The translations under genes and the position numbers were made by a program. From positions 1-50,884 of the forward strand of contig JBDKTL010000008.1 of the NCBI GenBank assembly GCA_039698055.1: a DNA stretch of 50,884 bases, written 5' to 3'. The notes below the pieces were generated by a model. That model ran no database searches and was not told where the DNA came from. It saw nothing but the letters and a program-made list of their open reading frames with translations. The stretch is from Methanoregula sp. Its GTDB lineage: Archaea > Halobacteriota > Methanomicrobia > Methanomicrobiales > Methanospirillaceae. Of the stretch, positions 20,675 to 32,166 are shown in pieces (position 1 is the stretch's first letter; every line of letters starts with the position of its first letter).

Positions 20675-22264
20675 TTAATCGAGGAGTGCGCCCATAGCCT
20701 CATCGTACCGGGCACTCAGGACATAGTCAATACCCGATACTTCAGCGGCTTCGGGTGTGAGAGCCATCAGGTCGTCCCGCCTGATCGTGGAAAGCCTGAA
20801 ATTCCGGCTGCCTGCCATGATCTGCTGAAGACCGGTCTTAAACTTCTGTGTGTACGTATAGATACCGACAGCCCCCATCGGGATTTCGGCCATACGGGAG
20901 CCGAACTTTTCCCTGAGCTCCTCGTAGCTGACAAAGATTTCCTCAACCGAGTTACCAAACTTAGAGACCGACTTTGGCAGCTCGCCATCCCTGATCCACT
21001 TCCCGATATTCTTGCCGACCATACCGGGGATCATGAGCCCGCGGCCCATGCAGACAGCCTTGAAGTACGGGCTGCCCATCGCAAGCGCCTTGAAAACACC
21101 GGGCTCATCGGAGAACCCGCCGGCCATCGCAAGGTCGGGAACCCGAAAGCCCTTCTTCTCAAGTTTCCCGCAGAATTCATGGGCAAGTGACTGGAGATAG
21201 AACGTCGGGATACCCCATTCATTCATCATCGGCCACGGGCTCATGCCGGTTCCACCGGGTGCACCGTCAATCGTGAGCAGGTCAATCTTTGCTTCTGAAC
21301 AGTAGCGCAGCGCCATCGCCAGTTCGACCATGGAGTACGCGCCGGTCTTTAATGTCACACGCTTGAACCCGATGTCACGGAGCCGGTCGATCTCGTCCAT
21401 GAATCCTTCTTTTGTGATAAAACCAAGACGGGAGTGGCGCTCGAACTCCCGGATGGCACCAGCCTTATATGCCGCCTGGTTCTCTTTTATTGTCGGATCC
21501 GGAAGAACGATGAAGCCGCGCTTCTTCAGCTCGATTGCACTTTCAAGTGAACTGACCTTGATTTCGCCACCGATACATTTTGCTCCCTGTCCCCACTTGA
21601 GCTCGATCGTGTCAAGGTTGTGCCTGCTTGCGACATACTCCGCTGTTCCAAGCCGGGTGTCTTCGACATTCATCTGGACAAGGATCTCGCCATAACCATC
21701 ATTGAATTTCCGGTATGTCGTGATACGGCGATCCATCTCGGGAGATTCCGTGACTTTTCCCTTGCTGTCAAGCTTGAGACCGGGATCGATACCGCAGACA
21801 TTTTCGCCGCAGACAAGCGTGATGCCGGAGATTGCCGCACCGACAGCGAAATGTTCCCAGTTGGCGCGTGCAATTTCTGTTGAACCAAGCGCTCCCGTAA
21901 AAATCGGGAGGCGCATCTTCACTTTTTTATCCCACCCGTATTCAGTCACCGTATCCACGGCCGAGAAGACAGCGGTATCCGGACCGGCATCGGTATCCCC
22001 GGGAAGCCCGCGTGCCCCGACGGCATATCCCTGGATGTTCAGGTGCGAATAATCAATCGGGTAATTCTTGTCGGCTCCTGCCGTGATCTCGCCAAACGGA
22101 CCGGGATACAGGACTTCCCGGCCCCGAAACGACGATAACCAGATCTCACAGCTGCCTTTACATCCGTCCATGCACCGGGTGCAGATACCCGAACACGGGA
22201 CGACACTCCGTGAACGGTTTACGGTCCCCGTTGCTTCATTTGCATTTGGCTGTCGAAGATTCAT
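20675..22264 (-). CDS. Stand-alone FMN-binding glutamate synthase family protein
   Basis: GICTRCMDGCKGSCE, IELKWGQGAKCIGGE, DGAPGGTGMSP, AMAGGF. Confidence 0.88.
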   Translation of the reverse strand: MNLRQPNANEATGTVNRSRSVVPCSGICTRCMDGCKGSCEIWLSSFRGREVLYPGPFGEITAGADKNYPIDYSHLNIQGYAVGARGLPGDTDAGPDTAVFSAVDTVTEYGWDKKVKMRLPIFTGALGSTEIARANWEHFAVGAAISGITLVCGENVCGIDPGLKLDSKGKVTESPEMDRRITTYRKFNDGYGEILVQMNVEDTRLGTAEYVASRHNLDTIELKWGQGAKCIGGEIKVSSLESAIELKKRGFIVLPDPTIKENQAAYKAGAIREFERHSRLGFITKEGFMDEIDRLRDIGFKRVTLKTGAYSMVELAMALRYCSEAKIDLLTIDGAPGGTGMSPWPMMNEWGIPTFYLQSLAHEFCGKLEKKGFRVPDLAMAGGFSDEPGVFKALAMGSPYFKAVCMGRGLMIPGMVGKNIGKWIRDGELPKSVSKFGNSVEEIFVSYEELREKFGSRMAEIPMGAVGIYTYTQKFKTGLQQIMAGSRNFRLSTIRRDDLMALTPEAAEVSGIDYVLSARYDEAMGALLD

Positions 22265-22573
22265 TAACGGCACTCCAGAAGATTCGTATCTCTCATAATA
22301 ATGAAAAGCATTCGGTACAACAAATATTCCACCAGTGATTTTTTTCCCCAGGCAAATTTTTGTTCATTTCCTGCGCTGATAAACACTTGCTTCCCACCGG
22401 AACCAGTCACCATCGTTGGTATTTTTTACTTCATTCATCCATTACCCGGATAAAAACAGCGACGAGTTCTGTTAATTGCATATATCGATGGACAACGTGG
22501 ACGTATCTTCGCTGGATGCAATAAAAAATTAAAAAAAATATGCACTAAAAAATAGTGTGTTATTAAAAAATAT

Positions 22574-23680
22574 TCAGATTGGGATCAGCTCGTACTCACT
22601 CTTTCCCATGCCGATTGATTCCGCGTACCGGATCTGCTGTTTCCCATCGGTATTCGCACGCATGCCGGTGAACTTATCCTCGCCTTTGTGGTGATGTGCG
22701 GTCAGCTGCGAGTCGGTAAAACCCGGCTGCTGGTTGACCAGATCGTAACTTGCCGCATCGATTGCAACCGGGTCCAATGACGCGACAATGCCGATATCCG
22801 GGACAATCGATGCATCGCTCCAGGGAACGCAGTCGCAGTCCGGTGTAATCCGGGTCAGGAAATTGATGTACCCGACTTTTCCCGTCTTTGCCTGCACCGC
22901 CCCATAGGCATACTCAACTAACCGTTCGACAAAGAGGGGGATCTCGGTTTCCCAGTCAATGTCGATTGCATGCTCCGGGCAGACAGTCATGCATTCAAAA
23001 CACCCGATACAGAGCGTATGATTGATCGTGGATTTCTTTTTGACCAGTTTTGTCGCAGACTTCGGGCAGACGGCGATACACTTCCCGCAGCCGATACACC
23101 GGTCTTTTATCACAAACGGGCGTGCCTGGTGCTGTGCCCGTTTTCCTTCAGGGGGCGCACAACCCATCGCAAGATTTTTTATCGCGCCGCCAAACCCGGC
23201 GACTTCGTGCCCTTTGAAATGGCTCATCACGATCATGCTGTCTGCTGCGACAATGTCGCCTGCAATGGAAACCGTATCGAAATGCTTCTGCCCGATGGGA
23301 ACCCGTGCGACATTTTTCCCGCACAAGCCATCGGCAATGATCACCGGCGCACCAACAACGGCATAATCAAACCCGTGCAAGATTGCCGTCGTGATATGAT
23401 CGACTGCATTGGACCTGCTCCCCATGTACAGCGTATTGGTATCGGTGACAAACGGTTTGGCCCCGGCGGCCTTGACCGCATCGACAACCTGCCGGACAAA
23501 TACCGGGCTGATATACGAATCGTTGCCCAATTCCCCAAAGTGCAGTTTGATTGCCGTGCGGTCATTCTTCTTTACACAGGACGCACAACCGCTTTTGGCA
23601 AAGAGCCGCTGTACTTTTGCCACCGTGCTCTCCTTGTCAGACCGTGCCCGCAGGCTTGCAAAATAGACAGGACTTTTCAT
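22574..23680 (-). CDS. DUF362-family Fe-S protein with 2x[4Fe-4S] ferredoxin domain
   Basis: AIKLHFGELGN, SHFKGH, GGAIKNLAMG, two CxxCxxC..CP motifs, PDCDC, DPVAID. Confidence 0.88.
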   Translation of the reverse strand: MKSPVYFASLRARSDKESTVAKVQRLFAKSGCASCVKKNDRTAIKLHFGELGNDSYISPVFVRQVVDAVKAAGAKPFVTDTNTLYMGSRSNAVDHITTAILHGFDYAVVGAPVIIADGLCGKNVARVPIGQKHFDTVSIAGDIVAADSMIVMSHFKGHEVAGFGGAIKNLAMGCAPPEGKRAQHQARPFVIKDRCIGCGKCIAVCPKSATKLVKKKSTINHTLCIGCFECMTVCPEHAIDIDWETEIPLFVERLVEYAYGAVQAKTGKVGYINFLTRITPDCDCVPWSDASIVPDIGIVASLDPVAIDAASYDLVNQQPGFTDSQLTAHHHKGEDKFTGMRANTDGKQQIRYAESIGMGKSEYELIPI

Positions 23681-23751
23681 ACCAACAGGTCTCCAGAAAT
23701 TCTTCCTCAAACGTATCGGATTGACACCCGCTCCTATATATTTCCGCCCGA

Positions 23752-25134
23752 TCAGACAAGGGAATTCAGGTTACGGCGTTTATAGGTAGCCTTGTTGCTG
23801 CGGACAATCTCTTTAGCCCGCTCAAAGTACTGGCGGGATAGTTCCTCTTTGCCCAGTTCTTTTGCACAGATCCCAAGATTATTCCATGCGCCGGCATCGT
23901 TGGGGTTCTTCTCAAGCACCTGGTTATATGCATCGATCGCTTTTGTGATGATCTTTGATTCCCGTCGCAGGATACCGATCTTCCGCAATGTTTCAGCGCG
24001 GCTGTAGATAATCTCTTCTTCGCCCGGGGAGAGCTGGAGGGCTTTTTCGATATCCCTGAGTGCCTCGTCATCCCTGCCGATCTCACGATAGCAGATGCCC
24101 CGGTCATGGTAGGCAAAAACATACGAGGGATCAATCTCAATTGCCCGGGTAAAAAACGGTATTGCATCCGCACACCGGCCTTCGCGGTAATAGATCCGGA
24201 GCCCTTCAAGGTAGGGGGCTTTGGCCTTCCCGAGAAGCCGGTCAAAAATACCTGCCTGTTCGGCAGCACGTTCCGGTTTTGCCGGCCCCGCACGTTCCCG
24301 TGCCTGTGCCTCGGCCTGTAAAACAAGTTCCTTTCCAAGGCTGTCGGTGACATCCCGTACAATACCTATGGCACCGACAAACGTGCCTTTACTATCCGTG
24401 AGGGGTTCGGACTTCATCCACAGGATACGATCTGTTCCGGTCTCCCCGGTAACTTTTGTCCATGCCGTGAGGATTTTTTGTTCTTTTGCGATGAAATGAT
24501 ACTGGTACTGTCCGAGTGCCTCTTCATTTTCAAAAACAAGGTCAATGAGCATCGGCACCCGCCGCCCGAAAAACGGGATCGCGTACTCATGATCTTTCCT
24601 GCCGATCATATTATTTGCTTCAACCCCGGAGAGTGCCGCCATGCCCGCATTCCAGGCAATCACCTTGCCTTCCCGGTCGATGACAAATGCCGGGTCGGGA
24701 AAGAAGTTAATCGTATCTGAAAGCAGCCGCTGTGCGGTACCAAGACCCTTTCCGACAATTTTTCCTTCCACGGCAAGACGGATCATGTGTACCATGTTCC
24801 TGAGCTGGGGGTTGATATCGTCACCTTTTTTTAGGAAAAAATTCGCCCCGTTATTGAGCGCTTCAATTGCCGCATATTCCCGGCCCACACCGGTAAAGAT
24901 GATTATTGGCGTCGTATCGCCTTTCGAGCGGACAATCTTTAAAAATTCTATGCCATTGATGTCGGGCATATCGTAATCGACGATAATCGCGTCGAACGCA
25001 TGATCGTTTAATGCCGTCAGGCCCTCTTTTGCCGATCGCAGCGATTCAACCTTCATATCACCGAACCGTTCGAGAAACGTCCGGGTGACATCGAGAATTT
25101 CCTGCTGGTCATCAAGAATCAGTACTGAAAGCAT
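23752..25134 (-). CDS. Response regulator: REC-PAS-TPR
   Basis: ILDD..DYDMPDING..FTG..K receiver; PDPAFVID..WN PAS; C-terminal TPRs (AWNNLG). Confidence 0.88.
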   Translation of the reverse strand: MLSVLILDDQQEILDVTRTFLERFGDMKVESLRSAKEGLTALNDHAFDAIIVDYDMPDINGIEFLKIVRSKGDTTPIIIFTGVGREYAAIEALNNGANFFLKKGDDINPQLRNMVHMIRLAVEGKIVGKGLGTAQRLLSDTINFFPDPAFVIDREGKVIAWNAGMAALSGVEANNMIGRKDHEYAIPFFGRRVPMLIDLVFENEEALGQYQYHFIAKEQKILTAWTKVTGETGTDRILWMKSEPLTDSKGTFVGAIGIVRDVTDSLGKELVLQAEAQARERAGPAKPERAAEQAGIFDRLLGKAKAPYLEGLRIYYREGRCADAIPFFTRAIEIDPSYVFAYHDRGICYREIGRDDEALRDIEKALQLSPGEEEIIYSRAETLRKIGILRRESKIITKAIDAYNQVLEKNPNDAGAWNNLGICAKELGKEELSRQYFERAKEIVRSNKATYKRRNLNSLV

Positions 25135-25185
25135 GAAAAGACACTTAACGGGAATATGACCGTAAAAGAGAAAAAGATTGCGTGT

Positions 25186-25674
25186 TTATTCCCTCTTGTG
25201 GAGCTGGTGATCCAGGCAGAAGAGATGCCCGGGTACGTCGCCGACAAGGTTAATCTGGGCAAGAATCGCGCTTGCATTCTCCTCTTCTTCGACCTGTTCT
25301 TTAACAAACCACTGGAGCATCTCAAAGGAGGCGTGATCTTTTTCTTTTGCCGCCATCTCAACAAGTGCATTGATCATGCCGGTGACCTTCTGCTCGTGGG
25401 CATAAACCTCCTCAAAGACTTTTCCTGCCGACGCCCACCTGGTCTTTGGGGCTTCAATGGCGCCAAGGGAAATTTTACCGCCGCGTGCGATAATATAGTC
25501 ATAGAATCTGAGCGCATGGCCCTGCTCTTCCTTTGCCTGTACCCGCAGCCATTTTGCAAAACCTTTCAGGTTGGCCGATTCAAAATACGCGGACATACCA
25601 AGATACAGGTACGCCGAGTAGAATTCACGGTTGATCTGCTTATTGATTGCATCTTCCATGGTTTTTGATATCAT
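25186..25674 (-). CDS. ftnA: Non-heme ferritin
   Basis: QINREFYSAYLY, EEQGHA, HEQKVT, WFVKEQVEEE ferroxidase residues. Confidence 0.93.
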   Translation of the reverse strand: MISKTMEDAINKQINREFYSAYLYLGMSAYFESANLKGFAKWLRVQAKEEQGHALRFYDYIIARGGKISLGAIEAPKTRWASAGKVFEEVYAHEQKVTGMINALVEMAAKEKDHASFEMLQWFVKEQVEEEENASAILAQINLVGDVPGHLFCLDHQLHKRE

Positions 25675-26090
25675 CCCATAACCTCCAATACGCCTTGTTG
25701 TTGATTTGGTGTTTAATAAGGATTTCGTATCCCTGCAATAAAGAACAATGAACCCGGTACTGCTGCAAGGCTCGCAAGACATCAGGGAAAAAAAACAATT
25801 GTTCATCACCGGCTCATGGGGAGTTGCCCGGGCACGATCTTTTTTTTTCTTGCGGATCTGCTCAAGAGGAGTTGCCGGAAAAAGCGGGACGGGGGATTAC
25901 GGTTTATTGAGGGAAACGATGAGCGAACGCACCCACAGGAGCCTTTTGATCCCGCACATACCGTCATTCCCGGGTTTTTTTTAGTGCGGGGTTCCACTCT
26001 TTTTTCCCACTAAACCCTTAATAGATGAGCGGTATATGTTTCATCGCGGATACCTGATAATCCGGCAGGTTTTTTTAAAAAGAGGATGCC

Positions 26091-27512
26091 ATGAATAAAG
26101 AAAATGGACCGGACATGGATCGTTACGACAACAACCCACTTGCCACTCTTCACTGGAAAGAGATGTGGGACGCACTTTCCTATCTTTCCATGATTATCGA
26201 TCCTGCATACCGGATCCTGGTTGCAAACAAGGCAACAGCGGAAATCCTCGGAATGTCCCCGCACGATCTGGTGGGAAAACCCTGCCACGAACTATTCCAC
26301 GATCCGGGTATGCCCCCACAACAATGCCCGTATATGGCCCTGGCCAAAAACGGGAACGAATATCACGGATTCGAGATCAAAGTACGGGATCGGACATATC
26401 TTGCCAGCTGCAACCCGGTCCGGGACGCTGCAGGTACAGGCACGCATATCATCCTTATCGCGACCGATATCACCCGGCAGAAATGCAGGGAAGTCCAGGC
26501 AAAAGACTGCTACCGGCGCTACCAGTTCATGACTGAACAACTTCCCGGGTCCATCTGGGCAACAGATACCTCGCTGCGTTTCACCAGTATCGGAGGTACC
26601 GGGATTAAGGATCTTGGAATCAAGCCGGATCAGCTTATCGGGAAATCGGTCGAAGAGTTTTATTCCGACCAGCCTGGCAGGGAAGACGCAGTCCAGGCAC
26701 ACCGGCGTGCTTTGCTGGGTGAAAACGTATCCTACGAGATCGAGCGCAACAACCGGTTATACATCGCGTACGTTGAACCGCTCCACGACGATCACGACAA
26801 AATTATCGGAACACTTGCTATCGCTCACGATATCACCGACCAGAAACGTGCACAGTTCGTCCTTGAGCAGATCAACAAAAAGCTTACCCTGCTCAACTCC
26901 ATCACCCAGCACGACACCAATAACAAGATCTGTGCGCTGATGGGGTACCTGGAACTTTTAAAAGACCAGACGCAAGACCCGGACAACCTTGCCATGATCG
27001 ATAAAAAAATATATCCGATCCTTGACGATATCAGGGAACAGATCGCGTTTACCCGGGCGTACCAGAACATCGGGCTATCGTCACCGCAATGGCAGGATGT
27101 CACCTACCTCATCGGTAAACTGCACGCGGACGGGATCGCGATTCAGAGCGATGTACCTGGTCTGCTGGTCTTTGCCGATCCGCTTCTGGAAATGGTATTC
27201 CAGAACCTGCTGGACAATGCCCTGCGCCACGGCATGCACGTGACGGACATCCGGGTATCGGCACAGGAAACAGCATCCGGGCTTGTTCTGATCTGGCAGG
27301 ACAATGGTGCAGGCATCGAACCGGAGATCAAGGAAAAGATCTTTGACCGGGGATTCGGGAAAAATACCGGCCTTGGGTTGTTTTTAATTAAAGAGATCCT
27401 TTCGATCACCGGTATTACCATCCGTGAGACCGGGACATCTGGCACAGGAGCATGCTTCGAGATGCATGTTCCTGAAGGGGCATATGGCTTTACCAGGAGT
27501 CCGGCGCAGTAA
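26091..27512 (+). CDS. PAS-PAS sensor histidine kinase
   Basis: Two PAS domains, H-box (QHDTNN), NLLDNALRH, DNGAG, GLGLF. Confidence 0.9.
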   Translation: MNKENGPDMDRYDNNPLATLHWKEMWDALSYLSMIIDPAYRILVANKATAEILGMSPHDLVGKPCHELFHDPGMPPQQCPYMALAKNGNEYHGFEIKVRDRTYLASCNPVRDAAGTGTHIILIATDITRQKCREVQAKDCYRRYQFMTEQLPGSIWATDTSLRFTSIGGTGIKDLGIKPDQLIGKSVEEFYSDQPGREDAVQAHRRALLGENVSYEIERNNRLYIAYVEPLHDDHDKIIGTLAIAHDITDQKRAQFVLEQINKKLTLLNSITQHDTNNKICALMGYLELLKDQTQDPDNLAMIDKKIYPILDDIREQIAFTRAYQNIGLSSPQWQDVTYLIGKLHADGIAIQSDVPGLLVFADPLLEMVFQNLLDNALRHGMHVTDIRVSAQETASGLVLIWQDNGAGIEPEIKEKIFDRGFGKNTGLGLFLIKEILSITGITIRETGTSGTGACFEMHVPEGAYGFTRSPAQ

Positions 27513-27670
27513 CCGTATACCCGAATGCAAAAAAACCATGCACCAGCCCGGCTCAGGCAGGATAAACTTTTTTTTTCGCACCGATACTTCTTTTTTACAT
27601 AAGAAAGAAATTGTTATATGAAACCCCGTCGCTTTTATTAGTACGATAACGGAGAATACCGAGGAATACA

Positions 27671-28873
27671 ATGAAGAGAAATATCCAGATTGAAGCTCTC
27701 GATCAAATACCCCTTGAAAAACAGCGGATTGAACTTGTCGAACGCAAGTGCCTGGGGCATCCCGACAGCCTTGCCGACGGTATTGCGGAGTCGATCAGCC
27801 AGGCACTCTGCAAAGCCTATCTTGAAGAATTCGGCGTCGTGCTGCACCACAACACCGACCAGGGCGAAGTTGTTGCCGGGGAATCATGCCCGAAGTTTGG
27901 CGGCGGCAAGATGATCCGCCCGATTTATGTCCTGCTGGACGGGCGGGCGACAAAACAGTTCGATGGCGTTACCATCGCAACGGATGCGATTGCCGTTGAC
28001 GCTGCACACGCGTATCTCCATAAAATCCTGCCCGAACTCAACCTGAGCCGGGATGTAACCATCGACTCCCGGCTTGGAACCGGATCCACGGATTTACGGG
28101 ATGTTTTCAAACCCTGCCAGGGTAAGGTGCCACGGTCAAACGACACGTCCTTTGGTGTCGGTCATGCGCCATTCTCCGATGTCGAAACGATCATCAGAAC
28201 CACGGCAGACTTTATCGATGTAAAACTCCGCAGGAAGTATCCGGCAATCGGCCAGGACATCAAGATCATGGGCCTGCGGGACAAGGATACCATCACCCTC
28301 ACGGTTGCCTGTGCCATTGTCGATAAATACTGTGCAGATATCAAAGAATACCAGGAATACATGGCCCTCCTTCAGGAGCAGATTACGGCGGTTGCAAAGA
28401 AATGTTCAAAGCGCAAAGTTGCCGTCCATGTCAATACTGCCGATGACATTAAAAAGAAGAGTGTCTTTTTGACCGTCACCGGCACGTCCGCCGAGATGGG
28501 CGACGACGGCTCCGTCGGCCGTGGCAACCGGTGCAACGGACTTATCACTCCCAACCGCCCGATGAGCATGGAAGCGACGAGCGGGAAAAACCCGATCAAC
28601 CATATCGGCAAGATCTACAACCTGCTCTCGACCCAGATTGCACAGGAATGCGTCACCAAGGTTGACGGCATCGAAGAGATGTACGTCCGCCTGCTCTCCC
28701 AGATTGGAAAGCCCATTGACCTCCCGCTGGTCGCAAGCGTCCAGGTCCTGCCCAAGTGCGGGGTCAACCTGAAAGACATCAATGCCGAAATCGATGGAAT
28801 TGTGAATGAAAATCTTGCCAATGTCACCAGCATCACAGAGAAGGTCATCCGCGGTGAGCTCAAGACCTTCTGA
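27671..28873 (+). CDS. mat: Archaeal S-adenosylmethionine synthetase
   Basis: [47 protein letters not shown]. Confidence 0.96.
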   Translation: MKRNIQIEALDQIPLEKQRIELVERKCLGHPDSLADGIAESISQALCKAYLEEFGVVLHHNTDQGEVVAGESCPKFGGGKMIRPIYVLLDGRATKQFDGVTIATDAIAVDAAHAYLHKILPELNLSRDVTIDSRLGTGSTDLRDVFKPCQGKVPRSNDTSFGVGHAPFSDVETIIRTTADFIDVKLRRKYPAIGQDIKIMGLRDKDTITLTVACAIVDKYCADIKEYQEYMALLQEQITAVAKKCSKRKVAVHVNTADDIKKKSVFLTVTGTSAEMGDDGSVGRGNRCNGLITPNRPMSMEATSGKNPINHIGKIYNLLSTQIAQECVTKVDGIEEMYVRLLSQIGKPIDLPLVASVQVLPKCGVNLKDINAEIDGIVNENLANVTSITEKVIRGELKTF

Positions 28874-28937
28874 TACGAAAGCCACAAAAAAAACGGCACT
28901 GCGTAAAAAACCTAGTGATACCTCCTCTTTTTCAGGC

Positions 28938-29795
28938 ATGGTCAGGCTTGCGATCCCCAACAAAGGGCGGATTGCAGCACCGATCATGGATCTCATGGAA
29001 AAAAGCGGGCTCCATCTCCCGGATCTGACTGAACGCCGGCTGATCACCCGCACGCTCGATCCGCACGTGGAGATCCTGTTTGCCCGCCCGGTCGATATTC
29101 CCGAATACGTAGCAACCGGTGCCGCCGATCTGGGTATTACCGGGCACGACATGGTGACCGAGCGGGAATCTGATGTTGAGGAACTCCTCGATCTCCAGTT
29201 CGGGAAAGCAACGCTCGTGCTTGCGGTCCTCGACGATTCAGATATCACGTCCGTCCACCAGCTCAAAGGGGCAAAGATCGCCACGGAATTTCCGGTGATT
29301 GCCAAGCGGTATTTTGCCAGCAAACATGTCCCGGTAAATATTGTCCTTGTGGGCGGCGCCTGCGAAGCAACGCCCCATCTTGGCATCGCAGATGCGATTG
29401 TTGACCTGTCCAGTTCCGGCAACACGCTCAAAACAAACCGGCTCCGGGTGATTGACGACGTGCTCGTGACATCCACCGTCCTGATTGTAAACAGGGACTC
29501 GCTTGCAACAAAAAAGGAGAAGATCGGTGAGATCCGGCTTGCCCTTGAAAGTGTCGTACGGGCCCGCGGGCAGTGCTACCTGATGATGAACGTAAAACGG
29601 GCATCGCTGGATTCCGTAAAGAGCGTGCTCCCGGGGCTTTCAGGGCCGACTGTCATGGAAGTGGCATCGACAGAGGATCTTGTCGCTGTCCATGCGGTTG
29701 TCAATGAAGAGCGGGTCTATGCACTGATCAATTCCCTCAAGCGTGCGGGCGCCCGGGATATTCTGGTGATGTCCATCCAACGGATGATACGCTGA
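28938..29795 (+). CDS. hisG: ATP phosphoribosyltransferase (long form)
   Basis: [39 protein letters not shown]. Confidence 0.95.
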   Translation: MVRLAIPNKGRIAAPIMDLMEKSGLHLPDLTERRLITRTLDPHVEILFARPVDIPEYVATGAADLGITGHDMVTERESDVEELLDLQFGKATLVLAVLDDSDITSVHQLKGAKIATEFPVIAKRYFASKHVPVNIVLVGGACEATPHLGIADAIVDLSSSGNTLKTNRLRVIDDVLVTSTVLIVNRDSLATKKEKIGEIRLALESVVRARGQCYLMMNVKRASLDSVKSVLPGLSGPTVMEVASTEDLVAVHAVVNEERVYALINSLKRAGARDILVMSIQRMIR

Positions 29796-29802
29796 TTTTA
29801 TT

Positions 29803-30513
29803 ATGAGAATTTTTCCTGCGGTTGATATCCTCGGCGGCCGGTGTGTCCAGCTGGTGCAGGGAAAACGGGAGAGTGCCACGTCCTATGGCGACCCGTTTTC
29901 CTGCGCCACCCGCTGGATCGATCTTGGCGCCGATGCGCTGCATGTCGTGAATCTCGATGGCGCATTTGGGGAATCGGCGCACAACGCCGACCTTATCCGG
30001 TCGCTGATTAAGCTGACCGGTATTGAGATAGAGCTTGGCGGAGGAATCCGCTCGGTTGATGATGGCATCCTCTGGCTTAACACCGGGGTTTCCCGGATTA
30101 TCATCTCCACGCTTGCCATAGAACATCCGGAGTCTGTACAGGTTCTTTCCGATGAGTACGGCAGCGACCGGGTGATGGCAGGAGTCGATGCAAAAAACGG
30201 GAAGGTTGCCATTCACGGCTGGCAGGAGACTGCCGGCGATTATCTTCTCTGGGCGCAGAAATTCGAGGAACTCGGTGCCGGTTCCCTGCTCTACACCAAT
30301 GTCGATGTGGAGGGCCTGCAGGAGGGCGTGAAATTTGAACCGGTGAAGAAACTTATCGCTAACGTGCACGTGCCTGTCGTTGTTGCCGGGGGAGTTTCCA
30401 GCCGATCGGATGTTGCCGGGCTCCGGGCAGCAGGGGCATCTGCCGCTGTGCTTGGATCAGCACTCTACAGCGGTAAGATATCGCTCAAAGAAGCACGGGA
30501 GGAATCTCGATGA
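29803..30513 (+). CDS. hisA: ProFAR isomerase
   Basis: [39 protein letters not shown]. Confidence 0.94.
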   Translation: MRIFPAVDILGGRCVQLVQGKRESATSYGDPFSCATRWIDLGADALHVVNLDGAFGESAHNADLIRSLIKLTGIEIELGGGIRSVDDGILWLNTGVSRIIISTLAIEHPESVQVLSDEYGSDRVMAGVDAKNGKVAIHGWQETAGDYLLWAQKFEELGAGSLLYTNVDVEGLQEGVKFEPVKKLIANVHVPVVVAGGVSSRSDVAGLRAAGASAAVLGSALYSGKISLKEAREESR

Positions 30514-31091
30514 GAAAAGTCAAGCTTGTTCGTACAACAAAAGAGACCAGCATCACTCTCACTCTCGATCCCGACGGGACAGGGAACGTATCGGTAGAGA
30601 GCGGCATACCATTTTTTGATCACATGCTCGCCGCAATGACAAAACACGGGGGTTTTGATGTTGCGTGTATCGCCAAAGGCGATCTTGGCGTGGACTGCCA
30701 CCATACGATAGAGGATTTGGGCATCGTCCTTGGCGACGCGATAAAACAGTCGCTTGGCGAAGGAAAAGGAATCCGGCGGTTTGCCCATGCCATTATCCCG
30801 ATGGATGAATCCATTGCGCAGGTTGCCCTTGACTGCGGAGGACGGGGATACCTTGTCTATACGGGAACATTTGGCAACAAGACGCTTGGCACGATTCCCG
30901 TGGACCTCTTCGAGCATTTCTTCTTCTCCCTCTGTTCGCATGCCGGTATTACCGCCCACATCACCTTCTCCGGGAAAAACGACCACCACAAGTGCGAAGC
31001 GGCGTTCAAGGCATTCGGGATTGCCCTTGGTAAAGCGATGTCTTTGGGCGGCAAAAACAAAGGGGTCCCCAGCACGAAGGGAATGTTCTAG
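30510..31091 (+). CDS. hisB: Imidazoleglycerol-phosphate dehydratase
   Basis: [37 protein letters not shown]. Confidence 0.96.
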   Translation: MRKVKLVRTTKETSITLTLDPDGTGNVSVESGIPFFDHMLAAMTKHGGFDVACIAKGDLGVDCHHTIEDLGIVLGDAIKQSLGEGKGIRRFAHAIIPMDESIAQVALDCGGRGYLVYTGTFGNKTLGTIPVDLFEHFFFSLCSHAGITAHITFSGKNDHHKCEAAFKAFGIALGKAMSLGGKNKGVPSTKGMF

Positions 31092-31766
31092 ATTCCCTGC
31101 CCGGTCATTTGACCGGGGGAATAACCCTCCCTTTTTTTGTCGGAATAATTTTTTTTACAATATCCGCAATTATTTCTGGATCCGTCCGTGGAGCGCTATT
31201 TCACGTTCATTTTAACGGGAACTATTCGTATCTTCCCCAATGAAAATCCAGAGTTTTATTTTTCATAAAAATTTGAAATTTACTGGCGATTGATTAGACA
31301 ATCGGGAAAATTGATGAAAATGTAAACGGTCTATTCTCAAAAAAATTGTGATGTATGCCGCCGTACCAAAAAGCGACGCCCCCGAGGCGGATCAATGACA
31401 AATAATTATCACAACGTTGCCCCGCCGTGCCCCGGAGGGGCCCTGAGGCGGGGAACCCTCGTTATTAACAATTGAAGGGTGCTGACAACAGATTGTACAA
31501 ACTAAAAATTTATGGATGTACGGAACTTTTTCATTGCTTTGATATGAAACCTGTTGGTTCATGCACGGTTTTTTTATTAACCTGCGGGAAATTGGAAAAA
31601 AGATCTGAAGTAATTGTTGAACTCTCTCAATTGAACAAGCGACAAAACCAAAAAAAGTCTGTCAACGCTTACCGACAGGTTATCGTGTCAATTATCTTTG
31701 GCGTAAACGCACTTTTTTAAAGAGCTTTTTTAATAATTTGAACCGAAGAGAAAAAAAGAGTTGAAC

Positions 31767-31970
31767 TCAGGGCTTTGCTGCCAGGTCAACGTCTTCTTTC
31801 TTGATGGTCTTTCTGCCTGCGTGCTCTGCAAGCTTGTTCGCTTCCTTGGTCAGCTGGGCGATGTATTTCTCTGCCTTGACGACAAGTGCTTCTGCTGCAT
31901 CGCTTCCCACTCTTTCAGCCCCGTTCTTCTTTGCAATCCTTACAACTGCTGCGATTGGTAAATCTGCCAT
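31767..31970 (-). CDS. Archaeal histone (HMf-like)
   Basis: MADLPIAAVVRIAKKNGAERV...HAGRKTIKKEDV, 67 aa. Confidence 0.95.
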   Translation of the reverse strand: MADLPIAAVVRIAKKNGAERVGSDAAEALVVKAEKYIAQLTKEANKLAEHAGRKTIKKEDVDLAAKP

Positions 31971-32166
31971 GTTTCTTACCTCAAAGAGAAAGTATATTGA
32001 AATATATAAATACTTTTTGGCAAAAACCGTCATTTTACCCTTTATTACGGTATCGGAAGGATTGCCGCAACGTTCAGGCAAATCGCGCTTCAAAATGTCG
32101 CAGAATAATTTTTAAATCTTTCAAAACGATTATTTAAAAAAACAAGGCACTTTAACGGTTTTAAAA

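Noticed and set aside
31092-31766. Replication origin or tRNA/rRNA gene
   Set aside because: No adjacent cdc6/orc1, no repeated ORB boxes and no tRNA cloverleaf recognised; kept only as a weak ncRNA candidate
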